A stretch of DNA of 64,000 nucleotides, from positions 124,001-188,000 of the IMG/VR virus record IMGVR_UViG_3300042391_000634. One strand, 5' to 3'. Both the position numbers and the translations under genes were made by a program. Below, in pieces: positions 1 to 9,077 of this stretch. How positions within the stretch are numbered: position 1 is the first letter of the stretch; each line of letters begins with the position of its first letter. The notes below the pieces were generated by a model, which was not told the DNA's origin, did no database searches, and saw only the letters and a program-made list of their open reading frames with translations.

Positions 1-948
1 GATTCGGATGTTGATGCTGACGTTGACATGGATACCGATATGGAATCTATGAGTGACGAAGGTTCAATGGATGATGAAGATGTTATGGATATGACTGGCG
101 CTTCAGATGATGAAGTTCTTAAAGTATTCAAGGCTATGAAACCAGAAGATGGTATTGTAGTTAAAAAAGACGGTAACAATGTAGAATTCGGTGACGGAGA
201 AGATGAATACATCATCAAATTAGATGGTGGAGATTCTGGTCTTGATGCTGGTATGGACATGGGAACTGATGTTGATTCTGAAATGGATTCTGAAATGGAT
301 TCTGAAATGGATTCTGACGTTGATACTGATATGGATACAGATATGGACACAGATGTTGATGCTGATACTGATGTTGACGCTGAAACAGATGAGGAAACAA
401 TCTATGAAATAGAATTAGACGAGGAAGACGAAATTGAAGAACCTAAAAAAGTTGAAGCTACTGAAGCTGCTCGCACAAAATCAAACCCTCATGGAAACAA
501 GAATGGTATGAATCGTGCTGGCTTACCAAGTAAAAAAACTTATAAGGCCGGTTCATCAATCAACGAAGAAGTTGAAACATTGAAAAAACAAAATGCTGAA
601 TATAAAAAGGCGTTAGTGTTATTCAAAGATAAATTAAATGAAGTTGCTGTGTTTAACGCAAACTTAGCTTACGCTACACGTTTGTTCACTGAACATTCAA
701 CTACAAAACAGGAGAAATTGAATATATTAAAGAGATTTGATACAGTTTCTACTATGAATGAAGCTAAGTCTTTATTCTCAACAATCAAAACTGAATTAGG
801 TTCAAAAACTACGGTTACCGAATCAGTTGCGAAAAAAATCTCTAACACTCCATCAACATCTTCTTCTACAGAGGTATTATCTGAGTCAAAAGCTTATGAA
901 AATCCTCAATTCAGTAGAATTAAAGAAATGATGAGAAAAATAAAATAA
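1..948 (+). CDS. Prohead core scaffolding protein (gp22-like), 5' truncated by the window edge
   Basis: Frame is open from base 1 (DSDVDADVDM...). Very acidic D/E/M low-complexity N-part, coiled-coil C-part (EVETLKKQNAEYKKALVLFKDKLNEV...NANLAYATRLF), directly upstream of the major capsid gene as in T4-like phages. Confidence 0.8.
   Translation, partial: DSDVDADVDMDTDMESMSDEGSMDDEDVMDMTGASDDEVLKVFKAMKPEDGIVVKKDGNNVEFGDGEDEYIIKLDGGDSGLDAGMDMGTDVDSEMDSEMDSEMDSDVDTDMDTDMDTDVDADTDVDAETDEETIYEIELDEEDEIEEPKKVEATEAARTKSNPHGNKNGMNRAGLPSKKTYKAGSSINEEVETLKKQNAEYKKALVLFKDKLNEVAVFNANLAYATRLFTEHSTTKQEKLNILKRFDTVSTMNEAKSLFSTIKTELGSKTTVTESVAKKISNTPSTSSSTEVLSESKAYENPQFSRIKEMMRKIK
274..317 (+). repeat. 12-bp tandem repeat GATTCTGAAATG, about 3.7 copies (DSEM repeats), inside the scaffold gene
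   Basis: Copies read directly at 274, 286, 298 and a partial copy at 310; degenerate DTDM/DVDA repeats follow. Confidence 0.9.
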
Positions 949-970
949 AAAATTAAAACCAATATTAAAA

Positions 971-2746
971 ATGGGAGCATTATTAGAAAGCGGTATGGTT
1001 GGTAACATAGGTCTTAAGCACCTACGTGTTATCAAAGAAGATACCATCAAAAAATGGGACGAACTAGGATTCTTAGAAGGTCTAGAAGGTCACCAAAAAG
1101 ATAACATCGCGCAATTGTATGAAAACCAAGCGTCTTACTTAATCAACGAAGCGGCAGTAGCTGATGCGTCTGGTTCTTTCGAGACTGTAGTTTTCCCTAT
1201 CATTCGTCGTGTGTTCTCTAAATTATTAGCTAACGACATCGTGTCTGTTCAAGCTATGAACTTACCAATCGGTAAATTATTCTTCTTCATTCCTAAAATT
1301 CAGGAAAGAACTGGAACAGACCATTACTCACCTTATGGTGGAGCAAATAACGATTTAGGTTTACCTACAAATCCAACATCAGGATACCCTACAACTGCGA
1401 AAAGTCTTTACGATCGTTTTTACGAAGGATCTGACGCTAATGACCAAGGTCTTTTTGATTACTCAAAAGGTAAATATGCGGTAACAAGTTTAGTTGTTAA
1501 CGGTTTTACAACTTTTGCAAATGGTGTTGTAACTACAAGTTCATCTGCTTTAACAAGTGCAACTTGTGTAAACAAATCATATGTAATCATCGAGGTTACA
1601 GGATTTACATCGGCAGGTGCTGGTAAATTAAAAGGTGCTAACGGTAATGAAATGGATTCTGAAGAATTCTTAGCTTCATTACAAGTTACTACTACTGACG
1701 CAGGTTTGTTAGCTCACTTAGGTGTTACTGATTCAACTGCATTACCAATCAATATCGTAACTCAGAAATACGGTAAAGGTATTGTTGAATATGGTGCAAA
1801 AGCAGGTTCTGCTCAAGCTCAATATTATGATGTTTGTGATGCTGACGGTAAAATCTATATTCAAGTTGATCTTGAATCATATAGTGCAACTGCAGGTTTC
1901 ACTCCATTCACTTTAACCGGTTCAACTACACTTGCTACCTCTGAATTAGTTTCAACATTCCGTTTGTATGAGTCTTTAGAATTTGAAGAGCAAATTGGTG
2001 AAGTATCTTTCGATTTACAATCAGTAACAGTTTCTGTAACTGAAAGAAAATTAAGAGCTAGCTGGTCTCCAGAATTAGCACAAGATGTTAGTGCATTCCA
2101 CAACATCGACGCTGAAGCTGAATTAACAGCTTTATTATCAGAGCAAATCGCTGCTGAGGTTGACCGTGAAATCTTACGTGACTTACGTAAAGGTGCAGCA
2201 TGGAAAGCTAAATGGGATTACAATGAATGGAAATATGGTGGAAACTCTGGTGCAACCTTACAAGGTTATACTCAGAAAGATTGGAACCAAACTTTGGTTA
2301 CAAAAATCAACCAAATTTCTGCTCAAATCCACAAAACTACGTTAAGAGGTGGTGCTAACTGGATCGTTGTTTCTTCAGAAGTTTCTGCAGTATTTGATGA
2401 TTTAGAGTATTTCCACGTTTCTAACGCAGAACCAGAACAAGATCAGTATAACATGGGTATCGAGAAAATCGGTACAGTAGGTGGACGTTACCAAGTGTAT
2501 CGTGACCCTTACTTCCCAGCTAACAAAATCTTGATTGGTCATAAAGGTAAGTCTTTGTTAGATGCAGGTTATGTATACGCACCATATGTGCCATTACAAT
2601 TAACTCCTACAATGTACAATCCATTTAACATGACTCCGATTAAAGGTATCATGACTCGTTACGCGAAAAAAATGGTAAATAATCGCTACTTTGGCGTTAT
2701 TGACGTACAAGGTATTCAAGTGTTTGGTTTAGATACATTAAGATAA
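971..2746 (+). CDS. gp23: Major capsid protein (T4 gp23 family)
   Basis: Motifs KKWDELGFLEGL, FPIIRRVF, VSVQAMNLP, RKLRASWSPELAQD, IDAEAELTALLSEQIAAEVDREI, GYVYAPYVPL, GIMTRY. Confidence 0.97.
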   Translation: MGALLESGMVGNIGLKHLRVIKEDTIKKWDELGFLEGLEGHQKDNIAQLYENQASYLINEAAVADASGSFETVVFPIIRRVFSKLLANDIVSVQAMNLPIGKLFFFIPKIQERTGTDHYSPYGGANNDLGLPTNPTSGYPTTAKSLYDRFYEGSDANDQGLFDYSKGKYAVTSLVVNGFTTFANGVVTTSSSALTSATCVNKSYVIIEVTGFTSAGAGKLKGANGNEMDSEEFLASLQVTTTDAGLLAHLGVTDSTALPINIVTQKYGKGIVEYGAKAGSAQAQYYDVCDADGKIYIQVDLESYSATAGFTPFTLTGSTTLATSELVSTFRLYESLEFEEQIGEVSFDLQSVTVSVTERKLRASWSPELAQDVSAFHNIDAEAELTALLSEQIAAEVDREILRDLRKGAAWKAKWDYNEWKYGGNSGATLQGYTQKDWNQTLVTKINQISAQIHKTTLRGGANWIVVSSEVSAVFDDLEYFHVSNAEPEQDQYNMGIEKIGTVGGRYQVYRDPYFPANKILIGHKGKSLLDAGYVYAPYVPLQLTPTMYNPFNMTPIKGIMTRYAKKMVNNRYFGVIDVQGIQVFGLDTLR

Positions 2747-2766
2747 TCTTAATAGGTATAAAAAAT

Positions 2767-2798
2767 AACCCTCGAGAAATCGGGGGTTTTTTATTTTT
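2767..2798 (+). terminator. Intrinsic terminator after the capsid gene
   Basis: AACCCTCGA-GAAA-TCGGGGGTT stem (one G-U pair) followed by a T tract. Confidence 0.85.
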
Positions 2799-2829
2799 GG
2801 TATATTCTAAATAAAATTACATATATTTG
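2796..2829 (+). promoter_or_regulatory. Bacteroidota-type housekeeping promoter (TTTG ... TAnnTTTG)
   Basis: TTTG at 2796-2799 and TATATTTG at 2822-2829, 22 nt apart (slightly longer than the usual 19-21), 5 nt before the ATG at 2835. Confidence 0.45.
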
Positions 2830-2834
2830 CTATT

Positions 2835-3140
2835 ATGTCGGAAATTAACTACGAAATATTAAGATTAGATGTTTTATCTAAACTCATCGATGAAAGGAAT
2901 ATTTCTTGTAAAAACAAGAAAGAAGAGATGATTAAGTATCTAAAAATGGATGATGAAGACAAATACATTAGAGAGACAACATACGAAAAGTATGGAGGTC
3001 AATTCTTAGTGGGTATAGACCTTAAAAACAAACCTCATTTATCTCAGATGAATAAGTTAGTGGAAAAGAAACAGGCCTTCTATAAAGGTCTGTATGCGTC
3101 TGATAGGATATATTTCGTATCAAATCAAAAATTAATTTAA
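2835..3140 (+). CDS. Small hypothetical protein with an N-terminal SAP/HeH-like helix-extension-helix
   Basis: YEILRLDVLSKLIDERNISCKNKKEEMIKYL fits the Y-x-x-L-x-x-x-x-L-x-x-L-x-x-x-R-x-I ... K-x-E-x-I-x-x-L pattern of SAP/Rho-N-like motifs. Confidence 0.5.
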   Translation: MSEINYEILRLDVLSKLIDERNISCKNKKEEMIKYLKMDDEDKYIRETTYEKYGGQFLVGIDLKNKPHLSQMNKLVEKKQAFYKGLYASDRIYFVSNQKLI

Positions 3141-3536
3141 CTACCAGCTACGACAAGCCCAATATCTTGGTTTCCAACGAGGACCTGGATTATCACAATT
3201 CATACGTGCTCTAAAGTTCTTTCTTCTTTCAGGGTTATTTTTCTTAATAACCATTCTTTTACCTTTGGCGGATTTACCACCAAAACCGAAATTAACTTTA
3301 ACGACTTTACCTTTATCGTTTTTAACGTATACCTTAAATTTCTTTACGTCCCCTTGCATGATTTTACCCAATTGAACTTTACGTCCTTGATATTCCGCCT
3401 CGTTTAATAAACCACCATTATATTCAAAATTGGTGTTTTCAACAGAACCATCCTCATCTTCGTAAATTAATACGGGAGTTTGTTCGTTATATTCAAAAAG
3501 TCTTTCAAATTGGTCTTCTGTTATTGTTATTATCAT
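3141..3536 (-). CDS. Conserved T4-like phage small basic protein, probable head-associated
   Basis: LNEAEYQGRKV...KKFKVYVKN...KVNFG...PERRKNFRARMNCD...RYWACRSW resembles a conserved hypothetical family of T4-like aquatic phages; LNE-A is a candidate prohead protease site. Confidence 0.6.
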   Translation of the reverse strand: MIITITEDQFERLFEYNEQTPVLIYEDEDGSVENTNFEYNGGLLNEAEYQGRKVQLGKIMQGDVKKFKVYVKNDKGKVVKVNFGFGGKSAKGKRMVIKKNNPERRKNFRARMNCDNPGPRWKPRYWACRSW

Positions 3537-3964
3537 TATTTTTTCTTTTTAGGAACACAATTAGGAACTTCTTTACCGTTCTTCTTTTTCTTACCTACCA
3601 TTTCATATCCTTTCCAACAAGGGTCTTTTTCACCACTTTCCATTTTACCATCTTCATTCATACTAAACTGACCCATATCAGCGGTAACATCTTGTTTATC
3701 TTTACTTTTAGTTTCATTCATAAAGAAATCAAAAACTTGATCCATATTATTCTTAGCCTCAGATACATGATCGTCAGCCCAATCGTGACCATTTTTAATA
3801 ATGTTGTCCAATTCTTGTGGATCCATTTTCATCAACATCTCACATTGTCTATGTATTTGTTGTAAATTACTGAAAAACATGTAGTTTTCAGTTGATTGGT
3901 TTTCCTTTATAATCTTAGCAATATATTTTCTAAGATCGTTTTCTTTTAGTTTAATTACTTTCAT
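3536..3964 (-). CDS. Hypothetical, probable head-associated protein with a C-terminal CWKGY...VPNCVP motif
   Basis: N-terminal IKLKENDLRKYIAKIIKE helix; C-terminal DPCWKGYEMVGKKKKNGKEVPNCVP; TATTTAT box 6 nt upstream. Confidence 0.55.
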   Translation of the reverse strand: MKVIKLKENDLRKYIAKIIKENQSTENYMFFSNLQQIHRQCEMLMKMDPQELDNIIKNGHDWADDHVSEAKNNMDQVFDFFMNETKSKDKQDVTADMGQFSMNEDGKMESGEKDPCWKGYEMVGKKKKNGKEVPNCVPKKKK

Positions 3965-3979
3965 AATATATAAATAGTT

Positions 3980-5368
3980 TTATTTTTCAGATAATATCTC
4001 AAACTTAATTGAGTCATTATAGTAAATTTCTTCGGTATGTGTCTTAGCTTTAATTTCTAAATAATACTCTCTTGGAATGTAATTAGATGTATTAAAATAG
4101 AATGAATTTTCATTTGTTTTATCTAATAAAGTCCAATCATGTACAACCACATCAGTTGTTCCTTCTTTAATATATAATCTATAATAAACCTCATCAAATA
4201 ATACTGATTTAGGAACATCTAAAGATTTAAAGGTAACAATCACCTTTCTAATATCACCACGTTTAATTTTTTCACCTTGTTTAATACCAAAATATTGTAT
4301 TTTATAACGTTGTAATTCTGTTTGGTTTTCACCAATTGTATATTGTGTTGTAAATGGTTTAGGAACAAATTTTTGTCTTATATCTGAAAGTTCAGCACCA
4401 TCAATTGATAGATTGGTCCAATTATCATAAAAGAATTTTTTACCGTCACATAATATTCCATCAATACCAAAAGTCACTTTATATACACCCTTTTTAACTT
4501 GGGATACTAATATAACATCTTCTAATCCAATTATTGGATTACCATTAGAATCTAAAATATCCACTCTCGGCATATTATCTAAATCATAGAAGTTTGTTCC
4601 TTTAGTAACATATAGATATAAGTTATTAAAAACTCCAGCCGCAAAATTTTGACGATTATCATCTATCCTATCATCAATAAAGGTTTCAACATATGGTTCA
4701 AAGAAAGTTTGTGTATATTTTGTAAAAAATGAAACAGATTGTTCGGTCATAGGTGTTAAATCTTGAAATGGAACTGAAAACGCTAAACCAAATCCTTCAC
4801 AATCACCTAATGTATCATTGTATAACATATAATTAATTTCAGTGGTAATATCAACATCTATATGTTCGTTACCATTATCAAAATGAATAGTTTTTAAAAT
4901 TATTGGATTTTCTGCATATACTCCTGAGGTTGCCCAACTATCTAATGTAGTTCTATCATACCATGTCGATGGTCTTTGGTCAAATGTTTTGTTTCCAGTT
5001 AACGTATCTGCATTAGTGTTAACATAGTCAAATCCAACCCCTTCATCCCAATATTCATCCAATCCAAATAAAATTAAATCAAACGAAGTTGCTCTGTCTC
5101 TACCTGTTGATCTTAGTTGACCTTTAAACCCTTCATCACCAAAAATACAATTAGTTAAACGTAGTCTATGTGTAATTTTATTAAGATTTGCAAGTAACAG
5201 TTCGCCAGTATCAAATTTGTTAATTAAATCACTAAAATCTACTTTAAAAATAAATTTAGAAAATCCACCACCATAATATATCTCAGTTGTTGGGTTTTTA
5301 GCCGTATTAACCTGAGAATTCTTTATAATTGTATTATTCTTCTCAAAATAGGAACGTAAATATGACAT
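3980..5368 (-). CDS. Probable virion structural protein (beta-rich, Ig-like C-terminal domains)
   Basis: 462-aa ORF, beta-strand-rich composition, TATTTAT box upstream, structural neighbourhood; no specific family recognised. Confidence 0.5.
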   Translation of the reverse strand: MSYLRSYFEKNNTIIKNSQVNTAKNPTTEIYYGGGFSKFIFKVDFSDLINKFDTGELLLANLNKITHRLRLTNCIFGDEGFKGQLRSTGRDRATSFDLILFGLDEYWDEGVGFDYVNTNADTLTGNKTFDQRPSTWYDRTTLDSWATSGVYAENPIILKTIHFDNGNEHIDVDITTEINYMLYNDTLGDCEGFGLAFSVPFQDLTPMTEQSVSFFTKYTQTFFEPYVETFIDDRIDDNRQNFAAGVFNNLYLYVTKGTNFYDLDNMPRVDILDSNGNPIIGLEDVILVSQVKKGVYKVTFGIDGILCDGKKFFYDNWTNLSIDGAELSDIRQKFVPKPFTTQYTIGENQTELQRYKIQYFGIKQGEKIKRGDIRKVIVTFKSLDVPKSVLFDEVYYRLYIKEGTTDVVVHDWTLLDKTNENSFYFNTSNYIPREYYLEIKAKTHTEEIYYNDSIKFEILSEK

Positions 5369-5391
5369 CTTTTTTATTAATAAATATCAAA

Positions 5392-6915
5392 TTAGTTGAT
5401 TCTAATCGATTTATTTAATATGTCATTTTCAAGGGTCTTAAAAAGTTCTTTTAATTGGTTACCGTCATCGTAATCATACTGACCAACAATCGGCATTAAT
5501 GGGTTATGTCTATGGGTAAAAATAACCTCAATCATCTTGGTAAGTAATTTTAACAAGTTTTCACCTCTAACGGTTGAAAATGTGGCTGTACCTATACGTT
5601 TTATATAATCTTCCTGTGTTAACTCGTAACCGTTTAAATCAAAAAATGGGACAGGATTATTAGATTCATTATTACCCAAATCGGTGGATAATAGATATAT
5701 TTTATCTGCGGTAACTGAACCAAATGTTTGTTCAGGACTATTAGGGTCAATTTTTATTCTCTCTTCTATAGAGTCAACACTTTTAACTTCAGACTTAGCA
5801 TTTTTAGCTGACCATATTAATCCACTTGAAGGTCCTACTCTTAAAACATTAATATTATTTAATATAGTCTGTCTATTAGTATTTTCTTCTGTGGTTGTTA
5901 AAATTCTAGTTTTAAATGTTTTTCTTGGTCTGAAATAAAAAGGATGTGCATCACCACTCTCATATTGTTCATTTAATTCATTAAGACCTTTATCGTGTAT
6001 TAAAAAAATCTTATCTCTAATTTCTTTATAAATGTCATTTATAGAAGATGCTGTTATTGTGTATGTGGTGGTAACACTATCATTTTCAGTATTAACTAAT
6101 TTTACTAAAGAGTCTGTAATTATTGAATGTTCAGTAAAATAGTTTGTTTTAAATTCATCACCAAAAGGTGTAACAACTTTATAAACATATAGATCTATTT
6201 TAGCTGTATTTTCATCAGATAAATCTTTTAATTTATCCACCTCATATTCTATGATGTATTTTAAATCTTTATTTTCTGATACACTATTTTTAACAACAAC
6301 TTCTTCTATCACCATTTTCTTCGGAAACTTTTTTAAATAAATTCTAGCCGATTTTTTGGCCATAATCGGATGGTCAAGTAATATCGTTCTATTTGCAACA
6401 CTTGCCGCTTCTTTTGATAATAATTTACCACCTCTTAATTGTAATCCATTTTCAGTAAAAAGAACGTCGGATCCGTTCTTACCATATATGGCAAAATCTT
6501 TTTCGTTTGCAAACGCATTATTAGATTTTTTATTGATGTATTCACCAGTGGTATTAAGTATATTTGGTTTGTTTTTTACATTAGAACCATACGTTGTATT
6601 GGCAACTTGTTGTGAAAATGTTTGACCATTATAATCATACATTGTTGTAAATGGTCCTGCGATGTATTCAACGTTTACGGTATCTTTGTCGGTGTCATAT
6701 TGAATAATTTTAACAGACTGATTAATTTCTGGTATAAAATTAATATTATTAGGTAAAAATGGTTTAGCTAAAAATAAATCTCTATCTCCCCATGGTTCAT
6801 AGTCAATAGCCTTTTCTTTTTGCCCCGTATATTCGTTATAACGACTAACTCGTATTCTACCAATACCTAATGGGTCAACATTATCAATACATTTACCAAT
6901 ATCTATTATTTTCAT
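5392..6915 (-). CDS. Baseplate central spike (gp5/gpV-like)
   Basis: N-terminal OB-fold signature IGKCIDNVDPLGIGRIRV; C-terminal VRGENLLKLL...FTHRH with the H-x-H apex motif of gpV-type spikes. Confidence 0.7.
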   Translation of the reverse strand: MKIIDIGKCIDNVDPLGIGRIRVSRYNEYTGQKEKAIDYEPWGDRDLFLAKPFLPNNINFIPEINQSVKIIQYDTDKDTVNVEYIAGPFTTMYDYNGQTFSQQVANTTYGSNVKNKPNILNTTGEYINKKSNNAFANEKDFAIYGKNGSDVLFTENGLQLRGGKLLSKEAASVANRTILLDHPIMAKKSARIYLKKFPKKMVIEEVVVKNSVSENKDLKYIIEYEVDKLKDLSDENTAKIDLYVYKVVTPFGDEFKTNYFTEHSIITDSLVKLVNTENDSVTTTYTITASSINDIYKEIRDKIFLIHDKGLNELNEQYESGDAHPFYFRPRKTFKTRILTTTEENTNRQTILNNINVLRVGPSSGLIWSAKNAKSEVKSVDSIEERIKIDPNSPEQTFGSVTADKIYLLSTDLGNNESNNPVPFFDLNGYELTQEDYIKRIGTATFSTVRGENLLKLLTKMIEVIFTHRHNPLMPIVGQYDYDDGNQLKELFKTLENDILNKSIRIN

Positions 6916-7115
6916 TTACCAGTATATCTTTTTTCTAATTCCTTATTAACTTTATTATATAACCCCTCAACCCCATCTAAATGACGTGTTAAATCAATAA
7001 TCAATTCCTTTGTTTTTTCAAATTCTTCTAACAATTCATCTGCAACAATGACTAAATCTTTATTAGATTTATTTCCAACATCGTTTGCTATTTCAATTAA
7101 TTTTTGACTTTCCAT
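6912..7115 (-). CDS. Hypothetical small coiled-coil protein
   Basis: 67-aa ORF overlapping the spike start (ATGA-type coupling); helical heptad pattern. Confidence 0.6.
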   Translation of the reverse strand: MESQKLIEIANDVGNKSNKDLVIVADELLEEFEKTKELIIDLTRHLDGVEGLYNKVNKELEKRYTGK

Positions 7116-7118
7116 ATT

Positions 7119-9077
7119 TTAATTTTTCATTAATGCATATGATGGTGTTCCAACAGGTCCATTAACACTTTTAAATGGTGTAATGGCTAAGTTATCGGCA
7201 AAACCTTGTACTTGTGCTGACGTTGATAAGACATGATAATTAGGTTCCCCATTTATATCTCCAGTTGGTATTCCCATATTTTGCATTTTTTCAGTTATAT
7301 CCATTGTTGTTTTAACCGCACTAAATCCAGGTAATTTACCGGCTAATAATAATAAAGGATTTGGTATATCTAAACCACCTGAAGCACTAAGTGCTCCACT
7401 AATTGCCGCACCAATTGCGGCGATAATCGCTTCACAACTGTCTAATCCTGTTTCAAGTACTTGTTTTAATAGAGCAATTAATGCTGCTATAACTAAATAA
7501 TATCTTTTTAATTTATCTTTTAATATTTTTCTAATTATTTTCATTAAGAAATTCTTAAGGTCGGCTTTAACTCTTTTCCAAAACTCCCTAATAAATTTCC
7601 AAAATAATTCTTTTATTGTACAAGTGAAGATTTTTTTAAGTTTTTTCATTAAATCTTTAGCATCAACAATTGCATTTTTAGCTCCGGCAACAAATTGTTT
7701 ATATATTATTACAAATGGTAAAAACATTTTTGGTGAAAGAATACTCATTATTAATGCTTTAGGAATATTAAAAATAAAAGATAAGTTAATTGAAATTTGA
7801 AAACTAGGTAAGTCAATTGAAAAATCTGACTGTTCATATGCATCCGATGCTGCCTTATTTAATGCACTATCTATTAATTTTCTTCTATCTTGTTTATCTT
7901 CTAAATAAACAAAATCCTCCATGTGAACTGTATTATATGGAACTTCATAGTTATTACAGTCAGCAAATTTTAACACCTTTCTTCGTCTTGCGTCTTCATC
8001 ATCTAAATCAATACCCTCAACATCATCAAAATCAAAATAAAATTCATCATTTTCTTCGTCATCATTAAATAAATTGGTTGGTGTTGAACCGGTTAATCTA
8101 CCACTATTACAGAATGCAAAAATTTTATTTAACATTCTCTCAAGATTTTGAATTGCCTCATCTAAAGACGGAGCAAAATCTAAAGGATTTTCCATACCAC
8201 TAAACGAACCACCAACACTAACACCATTTTTATCAGCAGACGCATTACATGCTTTTAATGTCATTAACATTGCCTTTTTAACAATCTCATTCAAATCTGG
8301 CATTTCTATATTTGAATAATAATCATTAAAAAAATCACCGACATTTACAAAACCATATTGACCCACCCCATTACCTTGAGTTAAACCTGTGATTTTAAAC
8401 CATTGGTGTTCTGATTGCCATGTAGAAGTAAATAAAGTTTTATTACTCGGTGTGTCATATTGATATTGGATTCCGATTGGTGTTGTTGTTCCTGAATTTA
8501 TAAATGTTTGGTATAAACCATAATTTATTTGAGCTTTATTACCATTTCTTTTTTTAGGGTCTTCATACATTATTTTACCATAGTCACTTTCAGGTGGAAC
8601 TTTAAACATACCTAAAAAATCAATTTCTCTTGGGTAAATGTTAACTTCGTCCATTTCTTGTGTTCCACCCATAACTTGATTTGTACCACAAATACCATCA
8701 TTTGCAAAAAATGCGTTTTTAACACAATCCATAAGGATTTGTTTAGCTGAATTTTTTGTAACATCAACTGAATCCAATACGTGTTGTCTAAGTCTTTGAG
8801 TTGATTGAAATCTATCGGGATCGTTAACAGTTCTACCCGCATCTAAAAATTTATTAACAACTGAAACAACTTCTTCAAATATGTTTTTTTTGTTTTTAGT
8901 TTTCGGTTTTTTGTTTCCTAATTTAGATTTAAGTTGTTCTAATTTGGTATTTAAATTTGGAAGGTTTGGTTGAAACTTTTTTAAAGCATCTTCAGGACTT
9001 ATGTTAAGATTAGCATATTTGTCTTGGTCAACACTTTTTTGTATAATATCAATAGTATTTTTTAGTGATTCAAACAT
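7119..9077 (-). CDS. Large hypothetical protein, probably structural
   Basis: 652-aa ORF coupled to the 125-aa gene under a TATTTAT box and upstream of the spike gene; no family recognised. Confidence 0.55.
   Translation of the reverse strand: MFESLKNTIDIIQKSVDQDKYANLNISPEDALKKFQPNLPNLNTKLEQLKSKLGNKKPKTKNKKNIFEEVVSVVNKFLDAGRTVNDPDRFQSTQRLRQHVLDSVDVTKNSAKQILMDCVKNAFFANDGICGTNQVMGGTQEMDEVNIYPREIDFLGMFKVPPESDYGKIMYEDPKKRNGNKAQINYGLYQTFINSGTTTPIGIQYQYDTPSNKTLFTSTWQSEHQWFKITGLTQGNGVGQYGFVNVGDFFNDYYSNIEMPDLNEIVKKAMLMTLKACNASADKNGVSVGGSFSGMENPLDFAPSLDEAIQNLERMLNKIFAFCNSGRLTGSTPTNLFNDDEENDEFYFDFDDVEGIDLDDEDARRRKVLKFADCNNYEVPYNTVHMEDFVYLEDKQDRRKLIDSALNKAASDAYEQSDFSIDLPSFQISINLSFIFNIPKALIMSILSPKMFLPFVIIYKQFVAGAKNAIVDAKDLMKKLKKIFTCTIKELFWKFIREFWKRVKADLKNFLMKIIRKILKDKLKRYYLVIAALIALLKQVLETGLDSCEAIIAAIGAAISGALSASGGLDIPNPLLLLAGKLPGFSAVKTTMDITEKMQNMGIPTGDINGEPNYHVLSTSAQVQGFADNLAITPFKSVNGPVGTPSYALMKN

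Noticed and set aside
274-380. Scaffold tandem repeats as a diversity-generating or phase-variable element
   Set aside because: Unit lengths are multiples of 3 and encode an acidic low-complexity linker; no reverse transcriptase or template/variable repeat pair in the window.
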